The notes under the pieces are model-generated. The model made no database searches. It was not told where the DNA came from and was given only the letters and a program-made list of their open reading frames with translations. Of a stretch of DNA of 64,000 nt, positions 40,501-52,500 are shown one piece after another. The stretch comes from Fimbriosthenelais zetlandica. Taxonomy: Eukaryota. A program made the translations under genes and the position numbers. The first letter of the stretch is position 1, and the number at the start of each line of letters is the position of its first letter. The stretch spans positions 38,936,001-39,000,000 of the forward strand of contig OZ365113.1 of assembly GCA_977030845.1 (NCBI GenBank), written 5' to 3'.

Positions 40501-43500
40501 TTTTTACTCACATATCAGCACTCTAGCCGACGTTCAGGAAAAAGTGCAGGTACGTTTCCTTCTGTTTTATAAATGATTGTAGGCTCACAGTTAATGGCAA
40601 CATTTTGGATATTTTAGAGGATATTGTAACATAATATTGATTACAACTGTTGCAATATATGTCAATTCTCACAATTTTCACACATATAAAAGTTACCTAT
40701 ACCTCAGTGAACTATTTTCAGTAATGAATATAAATAATAACCCATTTTAACTTGAACATTCCTCGTTTAAACCTATCATATACTATCAGTCCTTAATTCT
40801 CTACATGCAGCTTTCCAGAAAGGGCTTTCATTTTAATTGTTGCCTTTCAGTTTTCAACCATGTTCAGTTTTCAGGTATTCATTTTACCGAAATATATTTC
40901 CTCTTAGGTTTTCAGCCAGGTATTTGGTCCCTCAAAAATTGTCCTTTCCATTTGATCGAAAGGAAAAATTGGTCCTCATTGGATTACCTGTGAAATTTAT
41001 CATCTCATAATTACATATTGGGCTTCCTATTGACCAAAATACAAGAAATCTCAACATTTAAGTGCAGTAAATTATATAAAACGATGTTATGAAATTTCAT
41101 TAAAAACAAAAACTCATGTGCTTCAATACATATAGTCGTGATACTCATGAGCTTAACTTGATGTTGATTCCCAATTTCATGTGATATTACTTCAGAACCT
41201 GTCCTTCTCTCACAACCTTGACATGTGTGCCCTTTGCCCTATGCCCTTTCTAGGAGTACATCCATGTTCTCAGCAGACCGATGGTCATAGATCGTGAATA
41301 CACAACCACATGGACAAGTGTTTATGTCGATGAGGCGGTAGGTTCCTCAACAACAACCCCAAATCCTCTGTGGCCATTCGTGTGTGTCGTGCTATACATA
41401 GCCATACAAAGCTTCATTTTGCCCACTTCTGTGTTTTCTCCTTCTTGTACAGTTGTTCGACAAGCTGTTTTGTGTGTGTCGTACTGCAAACTGGTGATGA
41501 TGTGCCTTGCCTACACTCGTAACATCATCACTCTCTGTGATGTTACTCTTGAAGAATACAGCAGGCACAGATCTTTGTCCTTTGTACAAAATTGTCATTA
41601 AGTGTCACCGATTTTCAACTTTTACTGCTTTTTATCCCTTGTTAAGAATGCCTAGAATACATATTTTGAAATGACACCTTCACGATGCAATTATAAAATA
41701 CCTTAAGTAAAAAACGTATATAAAAGCACCAAAATATTTATGCTACATCTCGGGTAATATTTTGACGTTGAAGTATTGATCTATTCGCTTGATTACGTAA
41801 ATGAAAACAGCATTCTCTGAAGGAGTCATTTCCCTAGGAAATTCTTGAATTGATCAACTTTTTATTCATTATACATATATGTGCTATCTGTGTATTTTTC
41901 TCGTACAAAATGTTTGAATGTCATGAACCAAACACAGGCCTTATCTATGTTAACTGATACAGTGGTACTACCTCAAAGGACGATGGTTCATGACATTGAC
42001 AAACCTTTTCTTTTGTAACCTTTGAGTCACCTCTATATAGAAGCAGTCAACCACCTTTTTTAATCTCTGTGCTTTTCTTTCCTCACCGTTCTGCATGACT
42101 TTCAGAACTATGTAAAAGTGGTAAGCAGGCCTATGGTCATTGCCAAGCCAAATAAGACCATATGGACACCGGTTTATATGTCTGCCGCCTCAGTAGAGGA
42201 TATCAATCAGGTTTGTTGGAGTAAAGGGGACATGTCAAAGAAATCTGGGCTTACGGATGTTCACATCTCTGGGGCCTTAAATCTCTTCTTACTTGGTTTC
42301 TTCCTCAATAGCAAAACAATCTCTTACTACCCGTTATTTTTTCAGCCTCCCTTGGTTTGAAAAAATTATAACCTGATAATCTGAGTTTTAGGAGATTTTA
42401 TGTATGACTTCCTTCGTGCTACCACTATATTAATAGAAGGTGGATTGAATTGTTAGTTTTAGTAATATCCTGGGTGCTGATGGATCTTTCACTATAACAC
42501 CCATCCTTCCATCTATGGCCATTACGATGCACTAAATACCTGTGACAACCATAACCCAATTTTGACAGTTATATTTTTTGACCCCTGACAGATGACCTTC
42601 AACTGATTCAAATATTTCTTTCTCTCGTTCACACTTTGGATTGTATTTCCTGTCATATTAGATGGCAGATTAGACTTCCAACTGACCTATTTCTAAACAC
42701 CAGTGTTGAACTTTTGGTTTTCAGTCATATATTGCAATATTCAGTCCCCCATTGAGTGTCCTTAGTCCACTTGAAACTGACAGATGGTCAAATACCATCG
42801 AGCCTGACCCTCGACAATCTGTGGTAAGCGATCGCCGTGATATCAGACGATGGAACAACAGAACTGCATTATCAATGTTCACCATCAATATCCCTCATCA
42901 CTTTCTATTTTGCTTGTTTTAGGTCATGTAGATATTCTTAGCATCTTCCAAAAGTTTTGGATCTTAAATATTTTCTGCCAGTTTAGGCTCTTGATCAGAA
43001 TTGCAATAAGCCTGACATTTTCAGTGGATCTTCCTTTTTCATACTGATACTTTGGAACAAGTGCAGATGATCATTAAATTTTAGATTTCTTTTCTTTATA
43101 TTCTCTACAAAGGTTTACGAGCAATTTCCTGCATTTGTACTGTCTGTTAAATCATCATAGCCATGCAAATCGGATAACGTTCGATGACATTTTGAATACC
43201 GTTTTCTTAAAAGAACATTTGTACATATTACGTTTGGGAAGAGAATGTGAATTATTCCATATTTGGATATCATATAAGCATTTGAAAATTGATTTACAGT
43301 AAAGTAACTTGATCTTTCTAATGGAAAATGACCTTTCAAAGCCTGGTCACCATGGCAACGCTAAAAAAATGATATCCTGAACAATTGTCATTCTGAATCT
43401 GAATCTATCAGGCTAATTTAGAGCAAAGTCTCCATGCCAGGTTCTTAGACAATATTTAGATGATAATGATATCTCCTTGGGTACAGCAATTATTGTCCAC

Positions 43501-46500
43501 TCCACAACTAGCCTATAGTTAGCTGTAGACATTACCAACCTCACCCCCATACCTCGTTATACATCTCATGGAACACTTATAGGCAATCATACCTTAAAGA
43601 GTAATTAGTTGTAAGAATTTACCTCCCAAAACATCTAGAAAATCCCGTCAAAGGCAAATTAGTCCCAGAGAAACTTGAATGTAGTAATAGCATACACCTA
43701 TCACACCCAACATGTGTCCCAGCAGTGTAGCTATATATTAAATCAGATATGAAGTGTTAACACTGTTCATTATGCAGTGTTGTGTAATTGAATATAGGGC
43801 ATATTGGACACCATACAAGGTTAAGTCAGCCAATAGCCGTTTTAGGATTAGTAAGTGCAATAGGACATAAGAGCTACCTCTCTAATGAATGGTCTAAAGG
43901 GTATCTTTAGAAGGGAGATCTTGAACCAATTGAAATTTAAAAGACTTGATTATTGCATGTATATCATAATGGATGGGCTTTAATTTGATTTGAAATCTAC
44001 GTCTAAAGATACCCTGACTAGCCCCCTGCTTCTCTATAAAATATCATTTTCCAAGTTACAACTATAAGTCATTGTCCTTCATCTACTCCTGGCTGTCTGT
44101 GTATATTGTACATTGAACTTGATGTATATAATTAAGGCAATTGCATGAATTTATATTGAGTGGACAAATCCATATATTGTTGAGCTATGGGCCTTTATTA
44201 CAGATTATTCTAATACTAATGAGTTCATGCATTTAGATGTTATATCTATCTATATAATTATCTATTATAGAGCTATCCTTCATTGAAGCTTAGTTGATTA
44301 AATCCAATTAGTCATTCTTATTATCATACCAATGTTTTCTTGCAGTATACGTTTTATAGAGTCAAACTTATTAAATTATTTGAACAATCCATAGTGCAAA
44401 GCATTTGTTCTAGTGCTGCGCCACTCTTGAGGCTGCAGCAGTCACATTGCTATTCAACCATTATTTTTGAGTAGCTGTGATGACAAATAGTTACCTACCA
44501 TGGTCTTATGCCTTCTCTCAAAGATCTTTTTTAACTCTTGATTAATTTGACTGTATTTATAATGAGAGAATTGATTTTTTGGAACCCTGCTTTATACTGG
44601 AGGCCTTTTGTTGAGACTGGTCATCTGTTGAGTGACCACCATGTTTTTTGCTAACGTTCTGTTGATACTTTCTTTGCTCCTCTCGGGATGTGCCCTGGTG
44701 GTGCCCTCTGGTGATAAACCTTCGCATCTTCTCCTCGCATATTTACAGCATGATGCTGGCACCCAGGTAATTCACCGCCCTCTGCGTTTCACCCACCAAC
44801 CAACCAATAAGACCAACCTGTTCAATATACCCTTGTGGTGTGAATTTTAAGGCAACCAAAGCATAAACGATATATACCTATATTATATATATATATATAT
44901 ACATAGACAAAATGTCACCAACTGCCCACTGATATCACCATCAACATCCAAGAACAAAATCCTTTTTCTTTTCCCTTGATATATTCACCTTATCTTGTTC
45001 TTTTGTTTCTTGCTCAGTCTGTATTTTACTTTCTTTTTAAGAAACTATTTATATCATAATATTTTAATATAACTCGCATTTCTGTGCATAGATCATCCAC
45101 TTGTCTCGTGTCTTGTGACTTTTGACTTCTCCTATTGTCCTTGCCTCAGTGTTCCACCACTACAATGTAATCATGGTTATCAATATATGGTATTTAATTG
45201 TCACCTTTTTGTATTCATGGTGATGTACATGCTTTCACGTGTATATATTGGTATCACACGTATGTAATGGATATTTTTGGTTTATGCTGACACACATTAC
45301 CATCCAGAATGGTTTTGTCTTTAATATATTTATTCATCATTTGCGCATGGTCGTATCATATTACATTACTGACCAATGTAACTGGCACAGGTTAATGCTG
45401 CAGTGTCATTTAACACCTTAGGTATGTTGTGTCTATTTTACTAATCTGTGGTCGGGGAATAATATCATACAGCATGGTGAAACTGGTTCACAATACAAGA
45501 TAATGTATGACTAAACAGGGACCATAATGGAAATCGTTTACGCGAGTGGTGGGATGCGACTGGATCGATTCATCAACTCGATTGTTTAAGAATCCCTTTA
45601 TGATGCATTTCACTTTAGAATACAGCCAACGTTGATAACCTAGCATTCTATTGGTTAAATTACAAAATGCCTTTTTCTTCGATTTCAACTCGTTTCTGAG
45701 GACAGTTTACAGTGATAAATCTGACAGCATGGCCAGCTCCGTTCACTATCTTTGATTATACTGACGTATAAATCTATCCTGTACCTATGGAGGATAATGG
45801 ATGTTTCTTACTTCGCGGGCTCTGGGGTCATCTCTCTCTTAATTTTCCTCTTATTTATCCCTGGGAATACGGTGTCCAGGAGCCTGTTTCAAAATGATAA
45901 TTAGACGGGCTTAGCATTGCTAATTGTCCTTTTGAAGCGGGCCCTTGATTATACTTGCCTATTTTAACATTAAAATGAAGAGTAATTATGTTTTATAACA
46001 AAACATGATGACAATAATTTCATCTTCAGCTAGCAATAACGAAATACTAAGAATCAGTTTAAATTATTACAAACGGACAATAAGATAATTGATATTCATC
46101 AAGATGGGTTAAATAGTTAAGATTCAAAGCCTTGGATGTTAGTTATTTCACACACTTGGCAGAAATTAATATCACAATTAAATTTGTTTATCTTCCTGTA
46201 TTGAGTGCATGAATACCTGAATAACTTTTGTAGTTATTGACATTATAACAACACACTAGGAATCACTGTCTATGCTGAACCAATGTTCAAAGCATTACAC
46301 AACTCAAATACACTAAGATGTTATTGTAGCTGCTAGCAAATGAGGAATTGATGTTATATGAAATCCAGTATATAAAACTTGAACTGTAAACTTTCTTAAA
46401 CTGTTGTTTTGTCCGAAATCATTGTTGACCTGGTAATTAGGATCATCAAATATTTCAGGGATTGCGAATGATGACTTCTGTGGCTCAACCAGTGTTTGAT

Positions 46501-49500
46501 CGACGAAATGAAACTGTAAGTTTAATTTTCATAAGCTGCTGACATTCAATTTCCATTAATAAATCTGCCTTTAATATTTTATTAAAAGTATCCAAGACAC
46601 ATTTTGTTTCCTTAGCCTGAGTGAACGTAATACATCGGACAGAAAAAAGTTACTTATAAATCATTCTTTCCATTTCTATTTAGTATAATAGATACTTTTC
46701 AGGACTGAGTCACTTTCTGAAGGTTCGATCAGCTTTTATGGCCATTAACAAATGTAACATTAACATGAGACATATAGCTCAGCTGATAGTGTGTCCTTTA
46801 GATTAAAATAAATACAAACTGCGTCATAACCACTGTAGGACAGGAGCAGGTCATAGGTCTAATATAGAAACCTAGATTTCAAAATAGTAATCAACAGCAA
46901 AGACATAAATAATTATAGTTTAGAGATAGCCATATTATAGCAATATCACTTTGCTCAGATTAGATCCAAATCTCTTGTTCCTTCATATATGAAATGAGGG
47001 CTTATATTTAGGACCACTCAAAGATTGTGATCAGAAGAATCAACATCAACATCAACCAAATTAATGTATCATTAACCTGGCGGGGAGGCAACTGGGGATA
47101 AAAATCAATCTCCGAAGTCGATTTATTGTTATCCCCAGGTGATTTATGCGATTAATAGGTGTAACTTTCCTATACTTACACTAGCATACATAGTTAGCTT
47201 ACCTTTCACCATCCAACAGGCAAAAAATGGTATATTACTTGGCGTTATGGGTACTGATGTGCCTCTAAAGGAATTGATCAAATTGACACCAGAATATAAG
47301 GTAAGTTGCTTCTGAAATGTGCAATCATTTATATTCATAATTTCAGATCTTTATACCATTCTTTAATATCCTGCGGATGTCATCTCACACATTAATGTTT
47401 TTTATTTCAGCTTGGTGTGAATGGTTATTCTTTTGCAATAACCAATAATGGATATCTCCTCTTTCATCCCGACTTCCGACCAACGGTAAGATTGTTTACG
47501 GTACATTTATGTAATGCCCCCAAAATACCGACATAATTATATTGATTCTTTATACCTCATAAGAGGTATTTCCAACTTGATTGTTCCCAGTCCCATTTGT
47601 AAGGTTTTCAATTGCATTGAGATGGAACTTTTCCGCCCACCTCCATTTATAATACAAAGTTTTATATTCCTCCAATTGATTCTTGGCAGGCTAAACTTGC
47701 AGAGACATTATAGTTGAAATAGGACTTTTGAAGGGATTGTAGTTTTTAATTGACTTGTATTATTTCACCAGGACTAAACAAGTGACATAATACTGCCATA
47801 TATTCCGTGCTATTCAAACATATATATCCTCAGAACCCGTGATCTCTCGACACACGATACAAGCCTGATCATGAAATCTCTATACTAGTTTTACTTATAC
47901 ATTTGACTAGTGTCTTGATCATTATTTTGCTAATACAAGCTCATGCCAGTGGTTCACGATTTGAGTTCTCCTTTGTAATCTCTTCGTTGCTCCTTACTAT
48001 TGTGTCGACAGTGGAATGGAGCAAATGCTAGTACTCAGGTACAACTATTTAGTCTCAGAATCCCTTAGTCGGAATTTTATCACAAATGGCTTGTCGCAAG
48101 GCTCTGTCTTAAGATATTTTTACTTCTTAGATATATAGTTTCAGTGCATTCAAAGAACTTATTATTTAGACAGAGCAAGTCGGACCCGTCTCTTTTACTA
48201 CTTAACTGCACTTCATGTCCTTTCAAATACAGTGGCACAGCAATTTAATCACCTCAACATTGAGCATTATCAAAGCAACGAGAGCTTGGGTAATGAGGAA
48301 TAGTTTATATACATTTCACCTGAAGTTTAGCATTTGAGATTTTCTGACTTTTTCGTTTCTGTTAGCAGAACAGATACCGAAATATTCTCTTCTTTTACTT
48401 CACGAGTAATGTTTATCTTGTGTCTTTTCTGACTGAAAATCTAATGTTTTAGAATTTAGAAATGAAATTTTTCAGAACAAGAATCGGGAATATGAAAATC
48501 GGGGATCAGCAGCTGTCCACCCAACATGGGTACAGGCAGCTTCTGATACCTATTTCAGATTTTTGTTTTTCTTCTTTTGTGTTGTTGACTGGGTCCAAAT
48601 TTTCTGTCATTGAGCTCCCGTAGGAATTAAGAGACAAAGAGAATATTGTCGTGAATTAAAAGTCAAGGACATAGGCCTACCACCAAATGACCCTTCTACA
48701 TTCAACCCTTTTTCATTCATTCGAAACAAGAAAAATTATCCGACTCATGCATGCCTTATATTTCAATATCTAGATGAATATTAATTTTATGATAGCTTTG
48801 GCATTAGATGTAGTTCTTTATCTAGCATGAAGGCACTGTTAACATCTATCATGTTATGACTGTCAGCCAAAATCCCATGCATTCTTTCATATAAAGCTCA
48901 GCAGTTTTGCTGAGGTTCAGACTCATTAACATGGATATAGGAAAAATCATTTTTTCATTGACTGGCAACACATCCTAAACTTCCAACATTTCATATGCTC
49001 TCATCACATTGTCATTTCTCCATGCAATGTTTTACACCAGTTTTACACCAAAATGAAAACACGTGTGGAATATTTATACATTGGCTGACTGATTAAATGC
49101 ACCTATAGGCAAACACGAGACTATACTCTGTCACAGTAGACATACAATCCGTGCATGGTCAGACAATACTGTTAATACACGAAATTCTTCTGAAAATTGT
49201 CTTTTTTCTTTTCGTCTTATACATTGAATATTTAGATTGCAATCGCTGGAATATCGCTAGAAAAACGGCTTATGGCATACCCAGGGAATGGAATTGCATA
49301 TTCATCACAATGAAAACGCATCGACCCTATTTGTTTTGAGTACTTATAATATATAATCCTCTGAAGTATCGATATCGAAAACAAATTTGATGAAATGTCC
49401 CGTGGGTTTAGGGACAGTTCAGTTATTGTCTGTTCTCTGCTGATATTATTAACAAGGGACATTCTATATTTAGGGATCGGCGTTTTGGCAAATAGTGTGT

Positions 49501-52500
49501 TAATCAGAAACAGAGAAATCGTGATAGTTTAAAGCCTTGGCTTTTTTAATGGAATATTAAAAAAGTATATTTGATTTCTGTTTACAGCAAGGTGGTAGGG
49601 TGAAACCTAATTACAACAGCGTGGATTTGGCAGAGGTTGAATTGCAAGCAGATGAACATGAGGTAAAGTTGATAAGATAATAATTCCCAGGAAGGTATTT
49701 TTTACCCTATTTAATTGTATGTCAATTATTCAATGTTAATTTGTCAGTGGTAACCCACGTGCCACCCTTGTCCTGAGTCCATGAGATGTATTGCTAAAAA
49801 TTGTCTTCAACCTAAGAAAAGATAAAATATGACCCATATATACTTAGCACTCTCTTAATGTGAGAGCGTTTTAGGTTTATGGCTGAAAGCTGTAACGATT
49901 AAAATACTAATAAAATAAACTGATATAAGCACAGGTCCTAAATAGTTGATATAAACAATTAAGATCTATGAACACAAGCGAGTGTTAAAAGCGAGTGTTA
50001 ATTAATAACATTGTTTGATTCCAGGCGTCCAATTACTCCATATATGATGAGGTATATACTACCAAGTATTGGTGTCAGCATTTAACTATCATTATCCGGT
50101 CTTACCTCGTTTTGATTCGATTAATTTCTCCTAGCTCACAATATAAACATTTTTGCAAACTGGTCTGCACATTTAGTGTTGTCAAAGGATTATGATCATA
50201 ATATCAGTGTCAAGCCTTTGGAGTCTAGAACTGGTAAAAAAAAAAAGAAAACTCCTGTTGGTACCAAGAGATTCTCTTCTATTCAAAGACGGGATTAGAT
50301 CCTTGGAAATGAGACCATAGTGCAGTGATACCCAGTAGTTTATCCATTTGATGATAGAAGAGAATATTGGAAATATCTTTCTAGAATCTTACTGGCATGC
50401 CCCTGAAAAATAGACATTTGTATTATCACTGTCAGTAACACTTTAGCAGAGAGGTTTCTAGCTACACTATTTACTAAACACCTAATACCGTCCTAATTCA
50501 CCCTTAATTTACCTTAAGGATTATTTTGAAGATATGGTAAGCGACACGAACTTTTGTTATTGAAAAACAATGTATGTCACTGGACCCAAAATAGGTTCAG
50601 TATTTTGGTTCTTTCAATCTGAGACAAATGACGGAATGATGATTCATTTGCATAAAGTTTCGAGTCTGCATAATACAATTGATTCCTGCCTGCCTAAACA
50701 GTATCTATACAGAAATATCGGGCATTATGTTGTTTTGATATTGTCAGTATTTTACCCATGTCATGGTAAAAGTAAACTCAGTCTTAAATTGATGAAATCG
50801 GATAGATGTTAAATGAGATCATTGAGTTATAATGATATCCTTTGTGGATAGAAATATTGTCAATGATTGAGCGAGCAGCATGTCAAACATCAATCATCAA
50901 TCAACATCAATCAGTTCCTGATTATAATGATTTTCTCATCAATCCATAAAAATAAATTCTTAGGCTATAAATCCACTGAGATTGAAAATTTGGAAAGAGC
51001 ATAAGGCTAGACGAAATATGTGCCTAATAATTCGTTCATTAAGAATTCTTCCGTTCATGAGACCTCAGTGAATATCTAGTCTTAGATGAGAATTCTTATC
51101 GTTTTATAGCATTTGAAATTGTATACACTTGCACATTACAGTGTGCACTTGGCATGTGCTTATCAACAAAGCCAGGCATGTCTACTAATGAAAAAACACC
51201 GTTGAATATGTTCTGCGAAATGAAGGACTATTTCACTCATATTTCTATTCAAAATTATTTCAGTAAGCAATAACAAGCATGAACACCCACTTCTGCTACA
51301 CCAACTCATTGTACTTTTCATTGCCTTTTTCTAGGAGTTTGGAAAATTGCCTCGGCCTAATTATGATTTCGAGGTGAGTATAAACATTTTGAAAAATTGT
51401 TGATTTTGAAATAACCGCAGTTATATGGACCTGGCTCAGATAATAACCTATAGATGGTTTGATGGCTGGTTTTTTATCCCACACAGCTCCGGAATGAGAT
51501 GATTGGCCGAGGAACAGGAAGGCTGTCAAGGAAAGTAAAGGTTCACTATGACGACATGGTAGGCATCATTGTACCTTGTCTCAGACCATGTTTAAATACA
51601 TATACAATAATTGAATCTGTTACAACTTATCAACTGTTGTCTTTCTCTTTCCAGAAACGAGTATCCATACGCAAAAATCATTATTTCTATACAAGCATAG
51701 ACAACACACCTTTCAGGTAAATCTTCATGCGGTCGTTCTCAATTCCTTTTTTTCCAAGTCTCAATCCATAATATATTTGATATTGTTTCAATTCAAGACA
51801 GGTTTCCCCATCTTTGCTTGGGCTCACTGCTGAACAAGCCATGCTTTGCTCTGAATCACTTCCTAACTGAATGTTGCAATTGCTTTTACTTCAGTTTGGG
51901 TATAGCTTTACCAGACGGTTATGGTATGAACTGGCTGAATGGTCGAAGACGACTAGACAGGAAAACGGGTAAGTTATTAAAATATTACGAATGAATATAA
52001 AAAACTAATTCAACGTTGCCTTCCTCTGTTATTAATTACTGGTATTATTGGTTCGACATCCATGGAAACTTATATTAAACCTTTCTCGATGATTTAAAGT
52101 TATTCCATGTGTACATACAATGTTGCATCCTACCTTTCCCTTACATTTTTTCTAACTCAATTAGTGTCTCTTGTCCTTTCAGATCTAACAGCCTTCACGG
52201 CCAGTGCTGTTAAAATTGCCGACTGGTGAGTCTCAGATTTCCTATGGCTTCATTAGTGTAATTCTAGTATTGCATCGTAAGCACTATTAAAGGGAAAATC
52301 CATTGATTGAGGCTGCCTTTATGAGGACTCAAAATTGTCATTATCTTCTAGGAATTACTGCAAAATGGATACAAATGAAACCCGGCAGGAAAGGCTGGAA
52401 ATGCTACTGAGGTACCTCGAATATGGTATACAACAAATGCCCATATACGATGAGCGATGTGAGCCCCTTTTGTCCTACTGTCTCTCTTTCTTTTCTTTTC

